Below are positions 12,101-24,290 of a stretch of 64,000 bases of DNA, in pieces. A program made the translations under genes and the position numbers. The stretch comes from Leucoraja ocellata. Lineage: Eukaryota. The DNA is taken from NCBI GenBank assembly GCA_036785375.1, contig JAWMAR010000026.1, positions 7,254,001 through 7,318,000 of the forward strand, written 5' to 3'. How positions within the stretch are numbered: position 1 is the stretch's first letter; each line of letters begins with the position of its first letter. Under the pieces are notes generated by a model that saw nothing but the letters and a program-made list of their open reading frames with translations, made no database searches and was not told where the DNA came from.

Positions 12101-13809
12101 GTCTTGGCAAATGCCAAATGCACAGTCCAGGTGCCATCCAAGTCACACATCATCCCGCCTTGGAAATTATCACTGTCTTCACCGTCACTGGGTGTAAACC
12201 CTGGAACTCCCTCCCCGACGGCCCTTTCACCACACGATTGCAGCAGTTTGGGGGAGAGAGGGAGCTCATCGTTAACTGTTCAATGAGGGATGGACTATAA
12301 AAGCTGATACAATCAACGAGGCCCAGATCCACACTGCAGCCACCTCAAGGGCATCAAATGGAGCAAGTACAACTTGGCCTGTAGGCTGTCTGCCCAGAAC
12401 GAACCGGTAGCACAGGTAACTGCAGATGCTGGAATCTTGAGCAAAATACAAAGTGCTGGAGGATCTCAGCAGGTCAGGCAGCATCTGTGATGGGAATGGA
12501 CATAAGATGTTTTGGGTTGAGAGCCTTCTCTGGATTGATCGAGTACATGGGAGAAAGTTGGGAAAGAGAGAACTAGCTGGTCTTCTGGTGCAAGAGGCTG
12601 TCCAGGACTGAACACTGCAGACTGACCGTAAGAAAGCAAGAGGAGTGCGCACTGAGAGACGCGCTGAAGCTTGGTGCAGCCACCTCATGGTCACCAGGTG
12701 CCAAGGTAGCAACCGAGGCTCTCCAGCTACCGGGAACAGAGGAGCTGGGACTTTGCACAAACCACTTGGTATTGCTTGTGCAATGCGTGTGAAAGAAAAC
12801 GATGTCTGACTGACACCGTGCAATGTTGCAAGCAAATGCAATACGCCTTGTGCTGCAAATAGCGACATACGCGTGTCGTGTATTATATATTTGTACATTT
12901 TTTAAGAAAAGATATATTTGGAAAAATGTCCCCATGGTTACTCTGCTGAGGAATGTAGCCAATGAACACTGCGGTCTGCTCCGCCAGAGTAATCGACCAC
13001 ACAGTCGAGGGATCACTGGCAAGGGTCCGCAGCAAACTGCTTCTGGCCTGAGCGCAGCCCAGGAACATTAGATTACCTTACAAATGCAGAGAGACAGCCC
13101 TGGCTACCGAAAACACACAGCCCCACATCCAGTACAAATACATAGCCTAGAGCACTGAGGAAGTATGAAACCCTCTACACTATGTGACAGCTGAGGGGTG
13201 GAGTGGGGGAATACACAACACAAACACAGGGGTGAATGAAGAACTCTGCAAAACCTTGTCAACATTCTGCAATCACATCATTTCAGAGCGTCGTCCGTGG
13301 CCCTAATGGAATGATATTTGATAGGGGTTGGAACCTCCTGCCTCCCACAGCAAAGGACCGACCGTGACTCAGCTGCTCCATGCTGGGCAGCCAGCCGAGT
13401 GGACAAAGCTTTTTTAAATCCCGGGCTGTGCACCGTCTCGCCAGGGAAGGAGTTGTCAGGGTGTCAGTCTCTGGCAGGCAGCTGGTCTATAGATTAGCTG
13501 GCCTGCCTCATCATAAACGGAATGAAAGTGTTCCCCCAATCCCCCAACACCAACCCTACCCCAAACCCCTCCTCGTCCCCATCCCATAGACCCCTCATCT
13601 CAACTCCATCTCTCAGTCCCCTCAACCCCCAGCCCAATCCCTCTCCGTCACCCACCCACCCCAGTCCCAGCTCCTCCCAGCCATCCCTCCAACACCAATC
13701 CTCACCCCCACCTTCCAATCCCAGACTCCAAAGACCAAACCTCAGCCCAAAGTGAGAGGCTGAATGGGTAACCCTGGTGCCAACCTGTATGTGGGGTGTG
13801 TGGCGGGGT

Positions 13810-14540
13810 GGAAATGTACACCCACCCCCACCCTACACCACCCCCACCCCGACACCCACACATACACTTTCATTCACCCTACCCCCACATGCAGACCCTC
13901 ATTTAAACTCTCTCGCAACACAAAACCTCACATACACATACATATACACTCCCACACACTCCCCCCTCACACACCCCCACACACTCTCCACACTCAATGT
14001 GCACACACGCCCAATCCACCCCACACCTACCCTACCCCATACACACTCCGCCCCACAACCACACCACACCCATCCCACCACATCTCCACCCCACACCCAC
14101 CCACCCCACACCCACCCCACACACCCCGCATCCATCCCACAACCACACCGCACCTACCCCACCCTATACCACACCCACCCACACCCATCCCACACCGACC
14201 CTGCCGCACACCCACCCCATCCACACACCCACCCTGCCACATACCTAGCCCGCCACACACCCAGTCCGCTACACCCAGCCAACCCCACCACACGCACCCC
14301 ACACATTCACATACCCCACTCACACAAACACCGTCAGGGAAACCACCCCACACACACCATCACACGTCCAGTACACACACACCCTACACACACACACCCT
14401 CACACTCACCACCCACACCCACTCTCAGATACTCCCTTACAGACAGACTCGCGAACTCTCCCTCACAGACAGGCACACACCCCACAGACAGACACACCAA
14501 TACCTGCCCCACAGACACACACACACACACACCCTGTGGC
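13810..14540. repeat. CA/CCA-rich low-complexity tract
   Basis: Direct inspection; source of the His/Pro/Thr ORFs. Confidence 0.9.
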
Positions 14541-14549
14541 CGGACTATC

Positions 14550-15075
14550 CCACAGCTCACTGACCTGTGCTGAGCGCTGTGAACGGACCTCCCGAAGGAA
14601 GCGCTGAACAAGGTCGATTGCAATCCTCCTGTCCGAACCGCTTGTGCGCGCATCTGCCCGCTAGCCCGGAGCCGCTTTTTGTTATATTCCTTCACAATTC
14701 AATCAAAGTTGCCACCAAAAAACGAGGCAGTTTTGTTCTGGAGCAGGCTGTGCTGATGAGGCGGGAACGCTCCCACCTCACTCTCTCTGGCAGCTCCGGG
14801 CGAGCCGGAGGATCCAACCTTCTCCCAAGAACTGAATGTGTGGCACACCTGACAGCTGAAACCAGGGGCTGAGATTTATATAAACCTGCTCTGTCATAGC
14901 AACCAGGCGGAGGGGAGGGGAGGGGAGGGGTGAGCCGGCAAGGACAGAGCCCGGCGGTTCGGCTCCCCACCCTGCCCCGCTGACCTTCAGCACCGAGCCG
15001 CTGTCCTCCGGCGCTGCCCTGCTCCCCCGGGAGATACCGGCTCCAGCACTCGCTGCCCCGTGGCTCAGACAGCGA
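14550..15075. promoter_or_regulatory. Second CpG-rich promoter-like block (possibly the 5' end of a minus-strand gene)
   Basis: Locally high CpG and GC content, GGCGGAGGGGAGGGG GC-box-like run, TTTATATAAA at ~14875, and a minus-strand donor CTGAAG|gtcagc at 14985/14984. Confidence 0.45.
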
Positions 15076-15850
15076 GTGTGCGGACACAGGTGTGCAAGCA
15101 TCCACACACGCCGGGCTGTCAGTGTGGGCGTGTATGAGTGCAAGTGTGTGTGGGCAGTGTACACACCAGCAGCCGAACTATTCACGCGTGAGCGTGTCAG
15201 CGCGACTGCGTGTGAAAGTGATGGCGTGGCTGAGTGTAAAAGTGTTAGTGTAACTGAGTATGAATTTGTTAGTGTGACTGAATGTGAATATGTCAGTGAC
15301 TGAGTGTGAACATTAAATGTGACTGAGTGTAAACACACTGATGTGATTCGGTGAGTGAATGTCGCTGTAGTGTAAATATGTCAGTAATAGTGAATGTGTT
15401 GGTGAGTTAGTGTAAATGGCAGTACAGTATGTGTGAATGTGCCAGTCACTGTAAATTACTGTGTAAGTCACTGTGTCTTTTGAGTGTAAGCATGTCAATG
15501 TCAGCGTGTGAACATGCATGATGGCATATAATTCAGGTGAGCATGTGAGTGCACGGCAGTGAGTGTGTAAATGAATATGTGAGGTGTGAGTGTGTGTGTC
15601 AGTGAGTGCGAGCACGTTATTCTGGGGAGTGTCCATCAGTGCCCGTGTGACTTGGTGATCAGTTCAAGGTCAGTGTTCGACTGTGTGAGCAGCGTGGTGA
15701 GTGTGAGCGGGGCAGTGAGTAGGTAGTGATTGTGAGCAAGATGGTGAATGGGTGTGAGCAAGGCAGTGAGCATGAGTGGGTGGTGAATGAGTGTGAGCGG
15801 GACAAATGAGTGTGAGTTTGCGCTGAATACTCGGGTGTGATAGTGGCGTG
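15075..15850. repeat. TG/GTGA-rich low-complexity tract
   Basis: Direct inspection. Confidence 0.85.
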
Positions 15851-17137
15851 GGGCCACCTGACCCGGATCGATGCCCAACCACATGCCCTCAATCTGGTCA
15901 GGAGGCAAGTGTTGGGTCGATTGGTTGATGTTAATCTTGCATTTGATGGTCTTGGAGGGAGGAGATGGATGAGCAAAGGGAAAATAATTTGCAGAGGGGA
16001 ATTGCGACTGGGTCCAGGTAACAGTTTTTGAAGGAACAATAAAATGATTTTGTGGGAATGGACTAAAAGAGAGACAGAGAGATGCCAAGAGTACTGAGGA
16101 GAGATAAAGATGAGACATGACAGAACAAGGGACAGAACCAAATACTGATGTGTTGATATCTGCTGCCTGCAGACTGAATTAAATGATGAAATTCAGAAAA
16201 AACGCTGCGATTTTAGCAGGACATCAATCAATTCCTCTCTTTTTAATAAGAAATGGTGAAATGAGAAAGCCAGCAAGAATCCGAATTGAACTATAAACCC
16301 GTAGACGTGTAGCAAGGAAACTATTCACTGGTTAATATGAATTCTTTATAAACTGAGGTGAGAGAAATTATTCTGGAGAATAATAAACTGCCAGAAAAAT
16401 CAAACAAATATTTTCTTTCTGCCTTCAACAAAGGAGGCACAGAAAACTTCCAAGAAGCAGTGAAGGACTGAAGTGAATGAGGAGCTCAAAGAAATCAGCA
16501 GCAATAACAACAATCAGAAGTGAAGAAATGAATGGGAGTGGAAGGCAATACATTGTGGGTCTGCTGCCCGGCAGCCAAGGTTTTGAAGAAAGTGACAATG
16601 AAAATAATGGGTGAAGCACAAAGTACAGGTGAACTCAGCGGGTCAGGCAGCATCTGTGCAAGGTATGGACAGATAATGTTTCGGGTTGGCACCCTTCTTC
16701 AGACTGACGGAGTAGGGGGGAGAAAGGTGGAAAAGAGAGGTGGGGGCAGGACAAAACCTGGCAAATGATAGGTTGATCCAGGTGGGGAGGCTGGGGGTGT
16801 GATTGATAGATGGGTGGAGTATGAGACAAAGGCTAGAGATGAAAAGGAGACAAAAGGATATCAGATGAGGAGGAGTGAATGTAAAGCCAGGCGAAGGATA
16901 TGGGTGGAAGGGGACAGGGGTGTCTTGGTTGTCACCTTCCAAAATTCAGTTAAAAAGCAAATAAAATAAACAAAATATATTGTAATGTATCTACAACAGG
17001 GAATGGTGCTGAGCCTCAGTGGTTCACAATGGTATTATTGATTAGGATGAGAGAACCAGGGACACTATATGGAAGTTTGCTCACGACAATGAAAGTGGGT
17101 TGCCTCATGGAAGCAGAGAAGTGGGAAGGAGGCAGAT

Positions 17138-17390
17138 TAAATTTTCACACAGAGAGTGGTGAATCTCTGGAACTCTCTGCCGCAGAGGGTAGTCGAGGCC
17201 AGTTCATTGGCTATATTTAAGAGGGAGTTAGATGTGGCCCTTGTGGCTAAGGGGATCAGAGGGTATGGATTGAAGGCAGGTACGGGATACTGAGTTGGAT
17301 GATCAGCCATGATCATATTGAATGGCGGTGCAGGCTCGAAGGGCCGAATGGCCTACTCCTGCACCTAATTTCTATGTTTCTATGTTTCTA
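17138..17390 (+). mobile_element. Young CR1 3' fragment, (TATGTTTC)n tail
   Basis: Same family as 1883-2331, in the opposite orientation. Confidence 0.85.
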
Positions 17391-19384
17391 AATGGGCACG
17401 AACATGGCAGATGGAGCATAAAGTTAAACAATCTACGTCTTCCACTTTGGTAGAAGAAAGTACAAAGGTGGACTTTTTAGGGAAGGCAGAAACATAAATG
17501 GTAAGAATGGGGATGAACAGAGGAACCTAGGAAGAGACTGCAGATGCTGGAGTCTTGAGAAATCAAAGCACTGGTGAAGCTCAGAAGGTCAAGCAGAATC
17601 TGTGGAGGGAAATGATCAAATTACATTTTGGATCAGGACCCTTCAGACAGTCTGAAGGCGCGCTACATGCAGCTGCCCAGTAGTGGCAACAACTATCTAC
17701 AGCTGTCATTAAAATAGGTCGACGCAAAGTGGCCTTGGTATCTGAGGAGTAATTCTTCCTGTATGGAGAGTGTCACCGGGTGTGGCTGGTTCCTGAACCC
17801 CTCTCGGCAGAAGGAGTGAAGCTCAGATGTCCAGATGACCCATTCCCTCTCTATTCAACTCTTGGCCTTAAGTAGAGACGCACCCACACTCTAGAAGCAA
17901 GACTGCTGCTTACCTCAGATTTCTTGGTACGGTTGAGACAACATGACTGGCTGGAGATGGTCTTGATTCCACCTGCAGCAGCAAGCTCCGGTTCAGATGT
18001 CCAGGCTCATCGGATTGTCTCTAACACCCCTGGTTCATAGAGTTTGTGGATCTGATGGGAAGCAAGGATAATCTTTAAAAAAAACAGGTACCTTCCAATG
18101 TTTCAATTAGGGTTTGACCCTTTGGTGCTCAAAAACACAGGCTCTCGCTGCCCACTCAGGCTTCTGCAAATATCACAGTCATGATTCAAGCTTCACCTCC
18201 ACCCACCAGCCACACACACATCACACCTCTGGGAACCTGCAGCTCACATACAAGGACACTCCAAAAATAGCACTTCCCAGAATCACAGAATGCTTTCAAC
18301 AGTATTCTTGCAAAGTCGTTAATAGCCTGGAACTTTTTAAATGAATGCTTTATGTTGTAAAAGTCAGCTTCTGTGCAGGTAGAGAGCATACTGACTGCTT
18401 GCATCACAGCTGAGTCACATTCGGTGACTCGAATGAAGGTAGCTGCGGAAAGTGGTAGACATTGCCCGGTTCACAAGTATTGACCTCCACACCATCAAAG
18501 CCATCTACACAAATGATTCTTCAAAAAGGCAGCTGTTTTCATCAAAGACCCACACTACCCTGGCCACACTCTCATCTCGCCATTACCATTGGGAAGAAGG
18601 TACAGGAGCCTGAGAGCTATGATCTTAAGGTTCAAGAACAGCTTCTCCCCAGCAAACATCTTTGAACCAACCAGTGCACAACCCTAACCACCACTCTATC
18701 TTCGCAACAATCTTCTATGGATTATATGTAGGTTGTACTAAGCACGTCAATTTGCACTATTCTGTTCCGGTTACCTAGTTTGACAGATAAACCATTGTAT
18801 TATTGATTATTGTATATTTATTTGTTGTGTTGTTGCATTAATGAGCTGGGAAATCTGTAGAAAGTAGGAATCTCTTTATTCGACTCTTGCCCTCCAGCAT
18901 CATAAACACCCCTCCCATCTCTGCTCCCTCTCCACCATAACACCCTTCATTGCAGCCCATCTCCCCCATAACCCCTATCTGTTGTAACCCTCTCTACTAA
19001 AATAACCCATCTAACGCAATCCCTCTTCTCCACTGCAACACTCTCTCCATCACAACAACACATTCCCTCCACTGCACCCTCTCCATAGAGCTCTCTCTTC
19101 ACTACAATTCCCCACCCCCATTGCAAACTGTTGTTGCACCATAAACCTCCTCACTTGAGAAAATTCACTGGGATATTATCCAGGATGGATATTTTCAGTA
19201 ATGAGGGAGGGCTGTGTAAACCGCATCAACCACATCAATATAATTAGCTTTTTAGCTACACAAAATTCCATTAAATTATTCAGATAGGATCTGCCACAAA
19301 ACAATTCAGTGCTGACTATCCCTCATCAATCGTTGTGTTTCTAAATGTAGATTAATTATCAGGATTATTTCCCAATAACCAATG

Positions 19385-20315
19385 TTCCAATTGAATGAGG
19401 GGATGGAAGGCTTTGTGGCCAAGTTTGCAGATGTTACAAAGATATGTGGTTGGGCAGGTAGTGTAGTGGGAGCAGGGACCCTGCAGACGGATTTGGACAG
19501 GTTGGGAGAGTGGACAGAGAAGTGGCAGGGGGAGTACTGTATGGTGCAGCAAAATGTGGAGTCAGGCATTTTGGTAGGAGGAATAAAAGCATAGACTATT
19601 TTCTAAATGGGGAGAGAATCCAGAAATCGGACTGTGCAAAAGGGACTTGGGAGTGCTAGTGTAGGATTTCCAAAAAGTCAATTTGCAAGTCAAATCGGTA
19701 GTAAGGAAGGCAAACGCAATGCTAGCATTTATTTCAAGAGGACGAGAATACAAAAACAGGGATGTACTGGCCAGGCTGTATTTGGAGTATTGTGAGGAAT
19801 TTTGGGCACCATATCTGAGGAAGGATGTGTTGGCTCCCGAGAGAGTCCAGAGGAGGTTTACGAGAGTTATCCCAGGAATGAGTGGGTTAACACATGATGA
19901 GCATTTGACGACACTATGCCTGTCCTCGCTAGAGATTAGAGGGTGAAGGGGAACCTAATTGAAACTTACTGAATAGTGAAAGGCTTGGATTTGAGAGAGT
20001 CTAAGACTAGAGGTCATAGCCTCAGAATTAAAGGACGCTCCTTTAAGAAGGAAATGAGGAGGAATTTCCTTAGTCAGAGGGTGGTGAATATGTGGAATTA
20101 TTTGCCACATTAGGCTGTGGAGGCCAATGGATATTTTTAAGGCAGAGATTCCGTAGATACTGTAGATTCTTGATTAGCACAGGTGTCAGGGGCTATGGAG
20201 AGAAGGCAGGAGAATGGAGTTAGGAGGGAAAGAGATAGATCAGTCATGATTGAATGGCAGAGTAGACTTGATGGGCCGAATGGCCTAATTCTACTCTTAT
20301 TACTTTTGACCTTAT
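19385..20315 (+). mobile_element. CR1 LINE 3' ~0.9 kb (degenerate RT)
   Basis: Peptides KFADVTKI, KANAMLAFISRG.EYK, LEYC..FWAPYLRKD, ERVQRRFTR.IPG. Confidence 0.9.
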
Positions 20316-20949
20316 GTAAGCGCTCCAGCAATCTCTTCCAAAGCATCAAATACCTCCTAATTTTTAATCTTGTGCTTTAGAATTTCCAACTGAAATCACT
20401 GATTACAACATATTTCTGAAGAGATTTAGTGGCTCTGGCAGCATCTGCGGAAATAAATATTTAGTTTGGTTTAGTTTAGAGATACAGCATTGAAACAGGC
20501 CCCCCTCCACGCCAACCATCGATCACCCATTCGCACTAGTTCTATGTTATCCCAGTTTCGCACCCACGCAATTTACAGGGGGCCAATTAACCTACAAAAA
20601 TGCACAGACAAATTTCCAGGTTGGGTCCCTTCTTCAAACTTCAGAATAATGGAGCGTGCCTTTAGAATGGAAATGAGGAAGAATTTCTTTAGCCAGAGAA
20701 CAGTAAATCTGGAATTCATTGCCACAGATGGCAGTGGAGGCCAAGTCTGTGTATTTTTAAAGCAGACTTGATAAGTTCTTAATTAGTAAGGGTGTCAAAG
20801 GGAAGAAAGCAGAAAATGGGGTTGAGAAGGAAACATAGATCAGCCATGATCAAATGGCAGCGCAGACCTGATGGGTCAAATTTCAGCATCTGCTGGTTCT
20901 TGTGCCTACAATATATTTCTCCTTGGTGAATACGTAAGTAGAAACAGAA

Positions 20950-21330
20950 AAATAGGAGCTATCTGAAATGATTGAATTTGGTATTGATTTCTGATTGTAA
21001 CAGAAGATGAGGTTTTGTTGAAGCCGCAGAAGAAGAGATCAATTGGAGTGGAATACAATGAAAGTAACCAGCACCTGGAAGCTCAGGGTCATCCTTGCAG
21101 GCTGGATGTAGATGCACTGCAATGCAGTCACCCAGTCTGTGTTTGGGTTCTCCAATGCCGAGGAGAAATGCATTGTGAAAACTGACTACCATACACTAGA
21201 TTGGAAGAAGTACAATGAATTGCTACTTCATCTGGAAAGACTATTTGGATCCTTTGATTTTGGGAGAGGGGGCAATTGTTGCCCCCCTATAGTTGCATTG
21301 TAAAATGCTATGAGAAAAGGAGTTTTGGTG
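20950..21330 (-). mobile_element. Penelope-like element, degenerate GIY-YIG endonuclease region
   Basis: IGEPKHRLGDCIAVHL...ELPGAGYFH resembles the Penelope YIGETKRRLGDRFAEHL...DLPVA.HFN motif. Adjacent to Penelope terminal sequence. Confidence 0.6.
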
Positions 21331-21349
21331 GAGATTACTGGTTCATTAT

Positions 21350-21915
21350 TATCACATGTACAAAGATACAGTGAAAAACTTTGTTTTCTGTGCTGTCCAG
21401 ACAAATGAGTATAACAGGTAGTGCAAAAATAAACAAAGCGCCAAATACAGTGTTACAGCTGTAGAGAAAGTGCAGAGGCTGCAACAAGGTAAATTGAAAT
21501 ATTGGTTAATTCATCTTACCAAATGAACAGGCTGTTCAAGACACTGATAACGGTGGGGAAGAAGCTGTTGCTGAATCTGATGGCATGGGATTTCAAGCAT
21601 TTATATCTTCTGCCTGACAGGAGAGGGGAGCAGAACCCTTGTAAGTGCTCCTTGATTATGTTGGATGGTTTCCTGAGGCAGCATGGTGTAGATGGAGTTG
21701 TTGGGGGAGGCTGGTATGTGCAATGTACTGAGCTACATTCACATCTCTTTGCAATTTCTTGAGATTGGATGAGATGCTTTCTAAGTTGCATCTGTAGAAA
21801 TTGGTCAGAATCATTGGAAACATGCCAAATTTCCTCAGCCTTTTAAGGAAGTGGAGACATTGGTGTGATTTTTTGGCCATAGTGCTATTGCCATTGGACT
21901 AGGACAAATTGTTGG
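21350..21915 (-). mobile_element. Rex1/Babar LINE fragment (older)
   Basis: FLKRLRKFGM..MILTNFYRC.LESI and SGRRYKCLKSHAIRFSNSFFPTVI motifs. Confidence 0.75.
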
Positions 21916-22159
21916 TGATACTTCAAAGACACCTGTGTGGAAACATCTCATCATTATTTGAAATGCAACAGAGGCAGAGGAAGGGAGAGAATAGAAGGGA
22001 ATGACTGAAGGAAGCAGAGGTGAAGGAAGTACAGTTGAAATAGCTGTGGGAATTTGCTATGTAATAAATATTAGAGCTCCATGAACAGAGAAATCCGACA
22101 AGGCAAGGGAAGAGTCAGAGAAGGACCATGTGAAAGTGAACCTGGCTGAGGATGTTTTC

Positions 22160-22360
22160 TGCAATTCCCATTGGTTAGTGGTTGGGTCTGCTTTCGCCCA
22201 TTCCCATTGGTCAGTAGTTGGGTCTGCTTTTAACTATACCCATTGGTCACTGGTTGGTCTGTCCTCAATCACCATTGGTCAGTGTTTGGGTCTGTCCTCA
22301 GTTCTCATTGGTCAGTGTTTGGGTCTGTCCTCAGTTCTCATTGATCAGTGGTTGGTTAGT
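22160..22360. repeat. Minisatellite, about 6 x 32-36 bp, with an ATTGG (CCAAT) core
   Basis: Unit CATTGGTCAGTGTTTGGGTCTGTCCTCAGTTCT. ATTGG at 22170, 22206, 22242, 22274 and 22307; ATTGA at 22340. Confidence 0.85.
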
Positions 22361-22777
22361 GCAGGGACCAGGGTTGAGGGAGAAGCCAATCACCAGCCTG
22401 GATTGAGCTCAGCTTTCCCATCCTCCACTGGCCCTCTTTGGTTGCCCCTCAGTTTATGGCTTGTGACACACAGACCACCATCCATGCTGCCTTGTCTGTG
22501 CAGAAAACCACCCACCCATCAACCTCAGCTCAACACTCTCAACTATCCAATCTCAGACAGGATATGCATTGTGTTGCGGTTGCTATGCGGACATGATTCC
22601 CCAGAGTATCTGTTTCTTCGGATTTATTTTAAGATTTTCCTGCGGGAGGTGACTGGGTCTGCTGGCATGCTGCAGACTGGGGTTGCCTTTCCTCACTGGG
22701 GAGTTGCTCACTCGGGAGCTCACGGATGCCAATCCCAAACAGTTCATCCTCCCTATATCTAAGCTGACTATTGCAGC

Positions 22778-22915
22778 GCGGTGGGAGGGGCAGTACCGAG
22801 AGAGACACACACTGTAGGAAGGATGGTACTGAGGGAGACATGCTGTGGGAGGGGCAGTACTGAGGGAGTGCCACACTATGGGAGGGGTGGTACAGTGGGA
22901 GGGCTGCACTGCCGG
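22778..22915 (+). repeat. ~30-bp tandem repeat (GTGGGAGGGGCAGTACTGAGGGAG...), probably derived from a Deu-type SINE
   Basis: About four imperfect units. The core GTACTGAGGGAGTGC resembles an ancient SINE body; a reverse copy lies at ~54150-54250. Confidence 0.5.
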
Positions 22916-23419
22916 TGTTCTCACTCTGACGAAACCTACCTCGCAACCCTATTACCCTCACTCCAGAGATGTTGCCCTTTGCCTCTAATATCACTGCAGG
23001 AGATATCTCTTGGTTGCCAGGAGCAACAGACGATGAAGATGATGTGGAATGGGCCGATGTGAAGTGCATCTCAGTCTAAATCTCGCTATCAGGCTAATGC
23101 TGCAATTTTAAATTTTAATTGAATGCTCAGAGGGATGGAATTTGTTTAAATCACAAATTAATAATTGAAGGAAAGAACCTCATAGTGAGAACGATAATGA
23201 AAAAGTGAAAAGCAATATTTGTATTTAATATATTTCTGAGGCTTCTCACCTTTACTCTATTGCTAACTATGCTGTCCCTAAGCATGGAGTGTGTGACAGG
23301 AAAGAGTACAGCGAGCTCTTCTCTGGAATCAGTTGTATTTCAAATGTCATTAAAATATCTTTACTTACAGCTACAAATAATCAACAACTAAATTTAAATT
23401 AAATTAATTTAAATTAAAT

Positions 23420-23546
23420 CTGAAGAAGGACCTCGACCCGAAACATCATCCATTCCTTCTCTCCAGAGATGCTACCTGTCCCGTTGAGTTACTGCACATT
23501 TTGTGTCTACCTTTGATTTAAACCAGCATCTGCAGTTCTTTCCTAC
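23420..23546 (+). mobile_element. Short Penelope-type hammerhead-core element with 9-bp TSD
   Basis: CTGAAGAAGGACCTCGACCCGAAACATCATCC...TTTCCTAC, flanked by AAATTAAAT at 23411-23419 and 23547-23555. Confidence 0.7.
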
Positions 23547-23739
23547 AAATTAAATTTAAATGTTGTCTCAGCATGGAAACAGGACCATCGACCTATCTTA
23601 TCCTTGCAGCCTTTCTTAAACAGAGGTACAAGATTGGCCACTCTCCTGTCTTCTGGCACTTCATTCGTGTTTAACGACGGTGCATATATCTCTGGTAGGA
23701 TTCCTGCAATTTCTTCTCTAGCTTCTTTGGATATACCAG

Positions 23740-24290
23740 ATTCAATTTTAATTGTCATTGTCAGTGTACAGTACAGAGACAACGAAATGCATTTAGCATC
23801 TCCCTTGAAGAGCGACATAGCAAACGATTTGAATAAAAAATAAATAATAAGTGTCTGGGGGGGGGGGGGTGATTGGCAGTCACCGAGGTACGTTGTTTAG
23901 TAGAGTGACAGCCGCCGGAAAGAAGCTGTTCCTCGACCTGCTGGTTCGGCAACGGAGAGACCTGTAGCGCCTCCCGGATGGTAGGAGGGTAAACAGTCCA
24001 TGGTTGGGGTGAGAGCAGTCCTTGGCGATGCTGAGCGCCCTCCGCAGACAGCGCTTGCTTTGGACAGACTCAATGGAGGGGAGCGTGGAACCGGTGATGC
24101 GTTGGGCAATTTTCACCACCCTCTGCAGTGCCTTCCGGTCGGAGACAGAGCAGTTGCCATACCATACTGTGATGCAGTTGGTAAGGATGCTCTCGATGGT
24201 GCAGCGGTAGAAGTTCACCAGGATCTGAGGAGACAGATGGACCTTCTTCAGTCTCCTCAGGAAGAAGAGACGCTGATGAGCCTTCTTGAT
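23740..24290 (-). mobile_element. Young Rex1/Babar LINE 3' fragment nested in a CR1 fragment
   Basis: Uninterrupted ORF KKAHQRLFFLRRLKK...FYRCTIESILTNCITVWYGNCS...RSRNSFFPAAVTLLN, CpG-rich. CR1 sequence lies on both sides. Confidence 0.88.

Noticed and set aside
12272-13071. Overlapping ORFs of 149-208 aa as CHST8 or another gene
   Set aside because: No sulfotransferase or other motif recognised; partly built from Penelope terminal sequence.
13764-14607. 269-aa and 276-aa His/Pro/Thr-rich ORFs
   Set aside because: Translation of a CA-rich tract that lacks stop codons; no splice or homology support.
22130-22762. 210-aa ORF
   Set aside because: It crosses the CCAAT minisatellite and repeat remnants; no recognisable domain.
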